From an uncultured Nitrospinaceae bacterium (lineage in GTDB: Bacteria; UBA8248): DNA of 21,608 bases. A program made the position numbers and the translations under genes. The stretch is from positions 1 through 21,608 of the forward strand of contig CAXFSR010000029.1 of NCBI GenBank assembly GCA_964005815.1, given 5' to 3'. Below, piece after piece: positions 8,339 to 16,910 of this stretch; the stretch's first letter is position 1, and every line of letters starts with the position of its first letter. The notes under the pieces were generated by a model. The model saw only the letters and a program-made list of their open reading frames with translations, was not told where the DNA came from and searched no databases.

Positions 8339-9267
8339 TTTGACTCCTGAATATTCTTGTGAGCTTTTCCGACAAATTCGTGAAAGTTTTTCCCTTGGAG
8401 ATACGATTGAATGCCTGACCAAATATCTTTCGTTGTTTTTATAGATTCTTCCGTTGATTTTCCAAGAAAGACAGTCCCAAGACCTAAGACAGATGCTCCT
8501 GCTAATAAGTATTCTACTCCATCTTCCCAAGTCTCAATACCTCCGTAGGCTATTATAGGACATGAAAATCTTGAAAATGCCTCGAAGGTCATGAGCAAGT
8601 TGATTGGTTTCAGTGCCTGACCACTAATTCCACCGGAAGTTCCTGCAAGGATAATTTCTTTTGTTTTGATATCGATGGATAGTCCTGGACCTAAAGTATT
8701 AGCGCAACCGAGTCCGTCAGCACCAGATTCTAGACATTTCTCTGCTACAGCTAAATAATCACTATTGGGAGATAATTTAGCAATTATTGGTTTGTCTGTT
8801 GAATTTCGGACACTAGAAGTTATTTCTCCTGAAAGAATAGGATTTTGGCCAATACTCTCCATGATTGTTTTTTCTCCTGGTTCTTTATTCGGACACCCTA
8901 AATTGATTTCTATAATATCCGCAAAGGGAGAAACTTTTTCGGTAACATGAGAAAATTCTTTTGGATTGCCACCATAGATTGAGGCAATCAAAAGGGATTT
9001 TTTAAGTCTGATTTTTGAGAGTTCCTCAATCCAATCATCTAGGTCTTGAGTTGGAAGAGCAAGAGAATTGAGAGTAGGTCCTCCTGGCGAATTGTTGTAA
9101 ATGATAACTGGATTTTCGTTTCCTTTTTTTTCGTTAGGACCGATAGATTTTGTGACATATCCTCCAATTGAAGCACCCTGATTTTCAAAAGTTTCAAACA
9201 CTTCAGGATAACTTAAAATTCCACTAGCATTTATGATAGGAGGTGATATTAAAGGGAATGATTTCAA
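8335..9267 (-). CDS. pyrD: Dihydroorotate dehydrogenase catalytic subunit, family 1B
   Basis: ASG, TKS (FMN Lys), GN.NP, EINLGCPN (catalytic Cys), AKLSPN, NT, GGISG.ALKP, GGI and AGAS...GT. It is adjacent to pyrK. TTG start with a weak SD (GGA). Confidence 0.85.
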   Translation of the reverse strand: MKSFPLISPPIINASGILSYPEVFETFENQGASIGGYVTKSIGPNEKKGNENPVIIYNNSPGGPTLNSLALPTQDLDDWIEELSKIRLKKSLLIASIYGGNPKEFSHVTEKVSPFADIIEINLGCPNKEPGEKTIMESIGQNPILSGEITSSVRNSTDKPIIAKLSPNSDYLAVAEKCLESGADGLGCANTLGPGLSIDIKTKEIILAGTSGGISGQALKPINLLMTFEAFSRFSCPIIAYGGIETWEDGVEYLLAGASVLGLGTVFLGKSTEESIKTTKDIWSGIQSYLQGKNFHEFVGKAHKNIQESK

Positions 9268-9290
9268 AATTTGTATCCATATTTGATAAT

Positions 9291-9336
9291 CAAAAAAAAC
9301 TAGTCTAAGTATAAGAATGATTAGCGTTCACTGCAA
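9291..9336 (-). promoter_or_regulatory. Sigma70-type promoter of pyrD-pyrK with a T8 tract in the initially transcribed region
   Basis: Minus strand: TTGCAG (9336-9331), 17-bp spacer, TATACT (9313-9308), then tagact-A-G-TTTTTTTT-G. An A/T-rich UP-like stretch lies upstream (9341-9370). Confidence 0.65.
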
Positions 9337-9444
9337 AGAGGTATTTTTATTTCTTTAATTATTTTATTCTTATCTTTGATTGTAATATGTTTCAGTTGAT
9401 TTATTTTTTTTGTTTTTCTTTTCATTTTTATGGAAGAGACCAAA

Positions 9445-10221
9445 ATGCTGGCTCTGGTAGTTCTTTTATATTTAATTTCTTCAATTGGTCATCTGTACGT
9501 TATGTTGACTGGTAGAAAAAAATTATTCAATTTTGTTCTTGTTTGTCTGATTTCCGGATTTGTCGTCCATGGTATTTTATTGGCATCAGCATTTTCTTTG
9601 TCTGAAGATAAAGGTATGGGTGTTTGGTTTAGCGGTATATCTTGGGTAATTTTGTTATTTTATCTTCTTCTTTATGCAAAGTATAAAGAAATTGCATTTG
9701 GCGGATTTGCTGTCCCAGTTGCTTTTGTTATTGAAGGATATGCATCTACTTTTCCTGGTCTTTTGGGGGGTGGTTCTTCAGAAATAGAAGGGTATCTACT
9801 GAAAGGTCATGCATACTTGGCTGTTCTAGGTATGGCGGCTTTTTTCCTCCTTATGTTTACTTCTGTTATGTATATCATTCAGTCTTCGCAATTAAAATCA
9901 AGGCGTCCTGGAGCATGGCTTCATAGGTTGCCTGCCTTAAATGTTCTAGATGATTTGGGCCATAAAATTTTATATTTTGGATTTGCGTTCTTAACTTTTA
10001 GCTTATTGCTAGGATCAATGTGGGCTCGATCTAAGCATGGTACATTTTGGAGCCTTGATCCTTTTTCCCTTATTCGAACATGGCCATTAGGTCTCACGTG
10101 GCTTGCTTATGGTTTGCTGTTGATTTGCAGAATAACTAGAAGTTGGAAAGGAATGAGGTCGGCTATTTTTTCTATGTTTTGTTTTGTATGTGTGATTCTT
10201 TCTTTGTTAAGTCATTTTTAG
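9445..10221 (+). CDS. CcsA/HemX-family heme-handling membrane protein
   Basis: About 8 hydrophobic segments, several His residues in or near the TMs, 'LPAL..LD', and a degenerate Trp-rich motif 'GSMWARSKHGTFWSLDP'. It lies directly upstream of hemA. The start is 9445 (GGAAGAG upstream) or 9430. Confidence 0.82.
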   Translation: MLALVVLLYLISSIGHLYVMLTGRKKLFNFVLVCLISGFVVHGILLASAFSLSEDKGMGVWFSGISWVILLFYLLLYAKYKEIAFGGFAVPVAFVIEGYASTFPGLLGGGSSEIEGYLLKGHAYLAVLGMAAFFLLMFTSVMYIIQSSQLKSRRPGAWLHRLPALNVLDDLGHKILYFGFAFLTFSLLLGSMWARSKHGTFWSLDPFSLIRTWPLGLTWLAYGLLLICRITRSWKGMRSAIFSMFCFVCVILSLLSHF

Positions 10222-10229
10222 GAGATTAA

Positions 10230-11561
10230 GTGATAGACAAAAATTCCTTGATATTAGTAGGAATAAGTCACCATAGAACCCCTATAGAAATAAGGGAGCG
10301 ATTGTTTATTCCCGAAAATGCTCTTTTGGATTCTTTGAAAAAATTGAACTCTTCTAGTTCCCTGGAAGAATGTTTGATTTTATCAACGTGTAATCGAGTA
10401 GAAGTTTATGCGTCTACTCAAAATTATGAAAAGTGTGTAAGTGCAATTCACGATTTCTTTGTTGAAGTGCAGAATATTGATCCTGGAGTTTTAAAGAAAC
10501 ATTTGTATGTTCTTAGGGATGAACAAGTTGTGGGGCATCTTTTTAGAGTTTCTGGAAGTCTAGACTCTATGGTCATAGGGGAACCTCAAATACTCGGACA
10601 AGTCCGTAATGCATTTAAGATCGCTTCTGAGAATCAATTTGTTGGTAAGAATTTGCTGTCATTGTTTAGTTTTGCTTTTAGGGTTGCAAAAAAGATTAGA
10701 GAGCAGACCAAAATAGGGAATGAACCTATTTCCGTTAGTTCTGTTGCGCTTGATTTAGCTAAAAAGATATTTCGTACTTTTGAAGATCGCACAGTTTTAT
10801 TGGTTGGTTCAGGTGAGATGGCAGAATCCGCAATGCAGCATATTGTTTCACAGAAACCAAATAATATTCTTGTGGCAAATAGAACTTACGCACATGCGCA
10901 AGCGTTGGCCTCGAAATATTCTGGATGGGCTGTAGATTTTGAAAACTTGAAAGATGAGATAAGCGAAGCTGATATTATACTCACTTCTACGAGTTCTCCT
11001 GGCTTTATTATAGATTCTTCAATGGTAAAACTTTCTCTAGAAGTGCGCAAAGATAGACCCATGTTGTTCCTTGATATTGCAGTTCCAAGGAATATAGATC
11101 CATTGGTTAATGAAATAGAGAATATTTTCCTTTTTGATGTAGATGACCTTCAGAAAATTGCTTCTGATAATATGAAAGGAAGAGAAGAAGAATCTCAGGA
11201 AGCAAAGTCTATAGTAGAAAAAGAAGTCCAGTCTTTTTTGAATTCAAAAATTGTTGAAGATTCTTCAGATATTCTAATCGAAATAAGAAAATTGGCTGAG
11301 AGGTTTAGAAGGGAAGAAGTTAAAAGGACAGTATCGAATTTCCCAGAGTTAGACGAAAGAGTAATTGATGGTATTGATTTGATGACACGAGCAATTATCA
11401 AAAAGATTCTTCACAGTCCTTCAGTAGCAATAAAAGAAATTTTAGAGGAGGGTGCTGGTGGAGAGTCAATTCATCTTGTGAAACGTTTGTTTGGACTTGA
11501 AGATACTTCTTCTAAACAATCTTTTTCATCCTCAGAAGAAGAATCTGAAAGTATTTCTTAA
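10230..11561 (+). CDS. hemA: Glutamyl-tRNA reductase
   Basis: GISH..TP.EIRE, LSTCNRVE (catalytic Cys), LDSMVIGEPQILGQV, GSGEMA, ANRT and DIAVPRNIDP. GTG start with AGGAG SD. Confidence 0.97.
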   Translation: MIDKNSLILVGISHHRTPIEIRERLFIPENALLDSLKKLNSSSSLEECLILSTCNRVEVYASTQNYEKCVSAIHDFFVEVQNIDPGVLKKHLYVLRDEQVVGHLFRVSGSLDSMVIGEPQILGQVRNAFKIASENQFVGKNLLSLFSFAFRVAKKIREQTKIGNEPISVSSVALDLAKKIFRTFEDRTVLLVGSGEMAESAMQHIVSQKPNNILVANRTYAHAQALASKYSGWAVDFENLKDEISEADIILTSTSSPGFIIDSSMVKLSLEVRKDRPMLFLDIAVPRNIDPLVNEIENIFLFDVDDLQKIASDNMKGREEESQEAKSIVEKEVQSFLNSKIVEDSSDILIEIRKLAERFRREEVKRTVSNFPELDERVIDGIDLMTRAIIKKILHSPSVAIKEILEEGAGGESIHLVKRLFGLEDTSSKQSFSSSEEESESIS

Positions 11562-11577
11562 GTAAATTGGAGTGAAA

Positions 11578-12501
11578 TTGAAAGATAATCTGGTTATAGG
11601 AACGAGGGGAAGTTTGCTCGCTATGACCCAAGCGAGACTCGTTGAGAAAGATTTAAAAAAGATTGTCCCTTCGGTGAAGATAGAATTGAAAGTGATTAAG
11701 ACGAAAGGGGATATGTTGTCTTCATCTTCTAATGAAGAAACTGACAAATCCCTCTTTGTTAAAGAATTAGAAGAGTCTCTTTTGAAAGAAGAAGTGGACT
11801 TGGCGGTTCATAGCTTAAAAGATATGCCCAGTGAACTTCCAGATGGTTTAGATTTGATTGCTATCCCAGAAAGAGAAGATCCTCATGATGTTTTGATTTC
11901 AAGAGATGGAGAATCAATTCGAAATCTCTCTCCTGGAAGCAAAGTAGGAACAAGTAGTTTGCGTCGCTCCTCACAGTTGAAAAAGTATCGTGATGATCTG
12001 CAGGTTTTCCCTATTCGAGGTAACGTGGATACGAGATTAGAAAAACTTGCGAAAGGAGATGTAGATGCACTGATTCTAGCGTCTGCAGGTTTGAAAAGAT
12101 TAGGGAAGGAAGGAGAGATAATCGAGGTCTTGTCTCCTGAAATTATGTTGCCTTCTCCAGGTCAAGGAGCATTATGTATAGAAGGAAGGGCTGGCGATGA
12201 GTCCATTATCGAGTGTCTTCAGCAATTAGACCATTTTGTTACTAGATGTTTAGTATCTGCTGAAAGAAAAGTAATGAAGATCGTAGAAGGAGGTTGCAGG
12301 GTTCCTTTGGGGGCCTTTGCTGAAATGAGGAATGATCAAATCTTTTTAAGAGCTTTGTTGTTAAGTCTGGATGGCAAGAAAGTATCTTACGTTGAAGGAT
12401 TTGGAGAATTGTCAGATCCAGAAAAATTGGGAATGGTTATTGCCAAAGAGCTTCTTGATACTGGCGGTGATGAGATTCTTTCTAGTTTGTCGGAGAATTA
12501 A
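11578..12501 (+). CDS. hemC: Hydroxymethylbilane synthase (porphobilinogen deaminase)
   Basis: IGTRGS.LA..Q, LFVKELE, AVHSLKDMP, GTSSLRR, RGNVDTRL, GQGAL and GGCRVP (cofactor Cys). The start is TTG 11578 (GGAG 5 nt upstream) or GTG 11572. Confidence 0.97.
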   Translation: MKDNLVIGTRGSLLAMTQARLVEKDLKKIVPSVKIELKVIKTKGDMLSSSSNEETDKSLFVKELEESLLKEEVDLAVHSLKDMPSELPDGLDLIAIPEREDPHDVLISRDGESIRNLSPGSKVGTSSLRRSSQLKKYRDDLQVFPIRGNVDTRLEKLAKGDVDALILASAGLKRLGKEGEIIEVLSPEIMLPSPGQGALCIEGRAGDESIIECLQQLDHFVTRCLVSAERKVMKIVEGGCRVPLGAFAEMRNDQIFLRALLLSLDGKKVSYVEGFGELSDPEKLGMVIAKELLDTGGDEILSSLSEN

Positions 12502-12503
12502 AT

Positions 12504-13304
12504 TTGTCTATAGTAGATGCTCCTTTAAGTTCTCGTCGAATTATGATTACAAGACCAAACAATCAGAGTGGTGATTTTGAATTTCTTCTACGAGAAAAAG
12601 GTGCAGAAACAGTATCCTTTCCTCTTATTTCAATAGTGGAACCTGAAAGTTGGATTCCGTTAGATAAATCTATCCAAAAAATAGAAGAGTATGACTGGTT
12701 AGTTTTTACGAGTGTTAATGGTGTTTCATTCTTTGAGCAGAGGGCCAACTTTCTAGGGAAAAAAGAAGATCTGTTGTCTTCAAAATGTAAGATATTGTCA
12801 ATTGGTCCAATTACTTCAAAAGCAATTGACAATTGTCTGAAAAAGAAAGTTTATGGATATCCTGAAGATTATACATCTGAGGGTCTGATAGATTTTTTGA
12901 AAGATATTGAAATCGAAGGAGACAGTTTCTTGCTGCCTAGGGCAGCAGTTGCTAGAGAATTTCTTCCTGAAAAACTCACTTCACGAGGAGCTAAGGTCGA
13001 TGTTGTTTCTGCTTATCAGACTAAGTTTGTGAAGTTGTCCAGGGATTCGCACTTTTTTGACTTATTATACGGGGGAAAGATCGATATGGTCACTTTTTTA
13101 AGTTCTTCTTCTGTAAACGCCTTTGTGAATTGTTTTACAGAAGAGGAGATTAAAGAAATTTGCAAAAAAACTGATTTTGCATGTATAGGACCAATAACTG
13201 CTGCTACTTTAACAGAACACAATCTCCCTCTTAGTGTGGAGTCTGATGTTTCTACCTCTGTCGGTTTGACGGATAAGATAGTTGAGTTTTACCATGGAAA
13301 TTAA
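12504..13304 (+). CDS. hemD: Uroporphyrinogen-III synthase (stand-alone)
   Basis: ITRP, WLVFTSVNGV, IGPIT (twice), LPRA..AR..L, AYQT and F.SSSSV. It lies between hemC and hemB. TTG start with GGAG SD. Confidence 0.94.
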   Translation: MSIVDAPLSSRRIMITRPNNQSGDFEFLLREKGAETVSFPLISIVEPESWIPLDKSIQKIEEYDWLVFTSVNGVSFFEQRANFLGKKEDLLSSKCKILSIGPITSKAIDNCLKKKVYGYPEDYTSEGLIDFLKDIEIEGDSFLLPRAAVAREFLPEKLTSRGAKVDVVSAYQTKFVKLSRDSHFFDLLYGGKIDMVTFLSSSSVNAFVNCFTEEEIKEICKKTDFACIGPITAATLTEHNLPLSVESDVSTSVGLTDKIVEFYHGN

Positions 13305-13336
13305 TTCATTTTAAATCGTTAGTCTTGGAGGTTCGA

Positions 13337-14371
13337 TTGAGCAGCGAATTTTCAGAATCAAGAGAAAAAAAAGATGGATCATTTATTCGAACAAGAAGAA
13401 CAAGAAGTTCTGAATCTATAAGAAATTTAGTTCGGGAAAACAGACTTCATCCAGAGAATTTTGTTTATCCTTTTTTTGTTGTGGAAGGAGAAGGGGTTAA
13501 GGAAGAGATTCAGTCAATGCCAGGGCAATTTCAAATGTCTGTTGACAATCTACTTGAAGGTTGCCGAGAAGTCATTGAATGTAAAATTCCTGCTGTTATT
13601 CTTTTTGGGATACCTAATTCAAAAGATGATGAGGCTACCGAAGCGTATTCTGAAAAAGGAATAATTCAGATTGCTATAAAGGCCATTAAAGAGAAGTTTC
13701 CTGACCTTTGTGTGATTACCGATGTTTGCCTTTGCGAATACATGAACCACGGTCATTGTGGAGTGGTAGAAGGTAATAGAATCGTTAATGATTCAACTTT
13801 AGAATTGCTGTCGAAAACTGCCCTCAGTCATGTTGTTGCCGGAGCGGATATGGTTGCGCCTTCAGATATGATGGACGGTAGAATTGGGCATATTCGTGAA
13901 ATCCTTGACAGCAATGGATTTAATGAGACTCCAATAATGTCTTATGCGTCAAAATACGCGAGTGCGTTTTATGGACCTTTTCGAGTTGCAGCTGAAAGTG
14001 CTCCTGCATTTGGAGATCGTTCTACCTATCAAATGGATCCAGCAAATTCTCGAGAAGCGATTAGGGAAGTTGCGATAGATATACAGGAAGGCGCGGATAT
14101 CATTTTGGTGAAACCCGCACTTCCATATTTAGATGTTCTTTCCAAAGTAAGATCAAAGTTCGATATTCCGGTTGCGGCATACAATGTTTCTGGAGAGTAC
14201 GCCATGTTAGTTGCAGCGATGAAATCAGGTTGGTTGGATCCGGAAAAAGCTTTCATGGAGTCTCTCGTTTCTATACGTAGAGCAGGTGCTGATTTTATTA
14301 TCACTTATTTTGCGAAAGATGCCTCAAGAAGGTTGCTCGGTGATTTCGAAACTCCACTTAGTTGGATGTGA
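13337..14371 (+). CDS. hemB: Porphobilinogen synthase (delta-aminolevulinic acid dehydratase), Zn-type
   Basis: DVCLCEY..HGHCG Zn motif, APSDMMDGR, SKYASAFYGPFR, YQMDP.N..EA, VKP and AYNVSGEY. I prefer the TTG at 13337 (GGAGG 5 nt upstream) over 13325. Confidence 0.97.
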   Translation: MSSEFSESREKKDGSFIRTRRTRSSESIRNLVRENRLHPENFVYPFFVVEGEGVKEEIQSMPGQFQMSVDNLLEGCREVIECKIPAVILFGIPNSKDDEATEAYSEKGIIQIAIKAIKEKFPDLCVITDVCLCEYMNHGHCGVVEGNRIVNDSTLELLSKTALSHVVAGADMVAPSDMMDGRIGHIREILDSNGFNETPIMSYASKYASAFYGPFRVAAESAPAFGDRSTYQMDPANSREAIREVAIDIQEGADIILVKPALPYLDVLSKVRSKFDIPVAAYNVSGEYAMLVAAMKSGWLDPEKAFMESLVSIRRAGADFIITYFAKDASRRLLGDFETPLSWM

Positions 14372-14413
14372 ATAAATTTTAGTTTTTTGAACTTTTATTA
14401 TTAGGAGAGGAAA

Positions 14414-15604
14414 ATGCCTTCCAATGAAATAGTTTTTTTAGATGGTGCCCGTACTCCATTTGGGACTTTTCTCGGAACTTTAAAGAGTTTGTCCGCTACA
14501 GAATTAGGGACCATTGCTGCAAAGGAAGCAATGAAGCGTTCAAATGTTACTCCAGAAATGATTGACCACACAGTAGTAGGTAATGTGATGCAATCCAGTG
14601 CGGATGGGGTGTATATAGGCAGGCATGTTGCTTTGGCAGCAGGTGTTCCCCAAGATAAACCTGGATATTGTGTGAATCGAATGTGTGCCTCAGGATTTCA
14701 ATCTGTTTTAAGCGGTGCGAAAGAGATTTTGACTGGAGATGCTGAATTTGTTTTATGTGTTGGTGCAGAGAATATGAGTTTGGCCCCGCATGTGATTAGG
14801 AACTCTAGAACGGGTATTGGTCTTTTTCAAACTTCTATGGAAGATTCCTTGCAGTCAGCCTTAACGGATTTGCAGGCAGATGTCCCAATGGGAATTACAG
14901 CAGAAAATCTCGCAAAAAAATATGATCTTCACCGTGAAGAAATCGACGAATTCGCTGCACTCAGCCAAAAACGTGCACACGATGCGTGGGAAGAAGGAAG
15001 GCTTGCTGAAGAGTGTGTAGCAGTTGAGATTGCCGAGCGAAAGAAGACCGTTCTGTTTGAGGCGGATGAACATATACGAGTAGATAGTACTGCTGAAAAA
15101 TTAGCAAATTTGCGCCCTGTTTTTAAAGAAGATGGAGTTGTAACCGCAGGAAATGCAAGTGGAATTAATGATGGAGCCGCTTCTGTCGTCATATCTTCCA
15201 AGGAAGCTGCCGAAAAAAATGGACTGAAGCCCATAGGGAGATTGGTTTCATGGGGTGTTTCTGGTTGTGATCCCCATATCATGGGAATTGGTCCTGCTCA
15301 GAGTAGTAGAATTGCTTTAGAGAAAGCAGGTCTAACTTTAGAGGATATGGACCTTGTTGAGATTAATGAAGCGTTTTCTGCACAGTATCTGGCAGTTGAA
15401 AAGGAACTTGGATTAAATAGAGATAAGACCAATGTGAATGGCGGTGCAATTGCGATCGGTCATCCTGTTGGAGCGAGCGGGACACGTCTTACGCTTACTA
15501 TCTTAAAAGAACTAAAAAGGCGTAATGCTAAATATGGTCTTGCAGGTGCATGTATAGGTGGAGGTATGGGGCTTTCGTTGATAGTAGAGTCTTTGACTAA
15601 TTAA
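14414..15604 (+). CDS. Acetyl-CoA C-acyltransferase (thiolase)
   Basis: RTPFG, NRMCASG (nucleophile Cys), [26 protein letters not shown] and ACIGGG. SD AGGAGAGG. Confidence 0.95.
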   Translation: MPSNEIVFLDGARTPFGTFLGTLKSLSATELGTIAAKEAMKRSNVTPEMIDHTVVGNVMQSSADGVYIGRHVALAAGVPQDKPGYCVNRMCASGFQSVLSGAKEILTGDAEFVLCVGAENMSLAPHVIRNSRTGIGLFQTSMEDSLQSALTDLQADVPMGITAENLAKKYDLHREEIDEFAALSQKRAHDAWEEGRLAEECVAVEIAERKKTVLFEADEHIRVDSTAEKLANLRPVFKEDGVVTAGNASGINDGAASVVISSKEAAEKNGLKPIGRLVSWGVSGCDPHIMGIGPAQSSRIALEKAGLTLEDMDLVEINEAFSAQYLAVEKELGLNRDKTNVNGGAIAIGHPVGASGTRLTLTILKELKRRNAKYGLAGACIGGGMGLSLIVESLTN

Positions 15605-15627
15605 TTTAAAGAAATGATCGGTTTCTT

Positions 15628-16413
15628 ATGTATGAAAATATTTTGCTAGATATTAATGAAAAAGAAAGGGTGGCTGTTCTTACATTCAATCGCCCAGAAG
15701 CTTTAAATGCATTAAATGAGAGGACTTTAAAAGAACTAGACGATGCTTTAGACATACTTGCCAAAGATACTGTTTCTAAAGTAGTTATTGTTACAGGATC
15801 TGGAGAGAAATCATTTGTTGCAGGCGCAGATATTAAGGAAATGCAGGGTCTAGATAAGAAGCAAGGAATAGAGTTCTCTGTGAGAGGACAAAATGTTCTC
15901 AATAAACTAGAGAGATTAGGAAAACCTTCAATTGCTGCAATCAACGGTTTTGCCCTTGGCGGGGGTAGTGAGGTTGCATTGGCATGTTCCATTCGAATTG
16001 CATCAGAGAACGCGAAATTCGGCCAGCCTGAAATTAATCTTGGAATAATTCCTGGATATGGTGGTACACAAAGATTGCCCAGAATAGTTGGACTGGGAAG
16101 AGCCATAGAAATAATGACGACTGGAGAAATGATTTCTGCGCAAACTGCGAAAGAAATTGGTCTTGTGAATGCAGTAGTTCCACAAGATCAACTTTTAGAA
16201 AAATCTATGGATTTAGCTCGAATGATCGCCTCTAAGAGTGCACCGGTTATAAAATTAATTTTAGATTCTGTTTACGATGGTTTAAGTGTAGATTTTCAAA
16301 GCGCTTTAGATATAGAGAGTGATGCGATTGGTTCTAGTTTTGCTACAAAAGATGCACAAGAGGGTATACAAGCTTTTATTGAAAAGAGAAAAGCAGATTT
16401 CCAAGACTGCTAG
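15628..16413 (+). CDS. Enoyl-CoA hydratase (crotonase family)
   Basis: NRPEALNAL, FVAGADI, GFALGGGSE and FGQPEINLGIIPGYGGTQRLPR. Both catalytic Glu residues are present. Confidence 0.94.
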   Translation: MYENILLDINEKERVAVLTFNRPEALNALNERTLKELDDALDILAKDTVSKVVIVTGSGEKSFVAGADIKEMQGLDKKQGIEFSVRGQNVLNKLERLGKPSIAAINGFALGGGSEVALACSIRIASENAKFGQPEINLGIIPGYGGTQRLPRIVGLGRAIEIMTTGEMISAQTAKEIGLVNAVVPQDQLLEKSMDLARMIASKSAPVIKLILDSVYDGLSVDFQSALDIESDAIGSSFATKDAQEGIQAFIEKRKADFQDC

Positions 16414-16433
16414 GGATAAAAAAGGAAAGTTCG

Positions 16434-16868
16434 ATGAAGAGAAGAAAGAAAAAAAACAGGAAATCATCTTCAGGAAATTTTCATGTATCTTCTCTCTATT
16501 CGTTACCTCTGCATAAAACAGATCGTGAACTCAGAAAAATACAGATAAAAGAATGGATGGACGTAAATCTTCCTCCAGTGGGATCGAAGGAGTGGGAAGA
16601 TCTATGTACAGGTTGCGGAAAATGTTGCTGTGATAAGGTGTGGAGAGGTAAGAAATTAGTAGCTTTGGCAAGCTTTTGTAAGTTCCTGGATTTAGAAACG
16701 AATCGCTGTAGCGTTTATAAGAATCGTTTTTCCTATGAGCCTCTTTGTTCTCAGATTGATGCGGAAATTATAGAGATGGGAGCTTTACCGGAAGACTGTC
16801 CCTATGTTGTAGACTTGCCTGGTTATAAAGGTCCTCTTGTGATCGAAAGAACAATGCAAGAATTCTAG
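16434..16868 (+). CDS. YcgN/YkgJ-like cysteine-cluster protein
   Basis: WEDLCTGCGKCC...CKFLD.ETNRCSVY.NRF....C...LPEDCPY matches the YcgN (UPF0260) pattern. It has a basic N-terminal extension and an AAGGA SD. Confidence 0.8.
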   Translation: MKRRKKKNRKSSSGNFHVSSLYSLPLHKTDRELRKIQIKEWMDVNLPPVGSKEWEDLCTGCGKCCCDKVWRGKKLVALASFCKFLDLETNRCSVYKNRFSYEPLCSQIDAEIIEMGALPEDCPYVVDLPGYKGPLVIERTMQEF

Positions 16869-16910
16869 TTTTATCTTCAGTATAAATACTCATTGAAGGG
16901 TTGGTGATGC

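Noticed and set aside
8339..8530. 64-aa N-terminal extension of pyrK in the ORF track
   Set aside because: It overlaps pyrD out of frame. PyrK-like sequence, an AGGAG SD and an ATGA overlap all point to 8338 as the start.
7613..9267. Dihydropyrimidine dehydrogenase (preTA) assignment
   Set aside because: There is no C-terminal 4Fe-4S ferredoxin domain on the FMN subunit, and the partner is PyrK-like rather than PreT/GltD-like.
9282..9294. FNR box upstream of pyrD or the hem operon
   Set aside because: The TTGAT and ATCAA half-sites are 1 nt apart, not the required 4 nt.
9340..9429. T-rich spacer as a terminator, riboswitch or sRNA
   Set aside because: No stable stem precedes the T runs and there is no recognisable RNA motif. 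It looks like an ordinary AT-rich divergent promoter region.
15606..16106. 166-aa antisense ORF, and similar ones at 17411-17794, 18238-18771, 14929-15282 and 1793-2158
   Set aside because: They are shadows of well-supported genes on the opposite strand and have no recognisable motifs.
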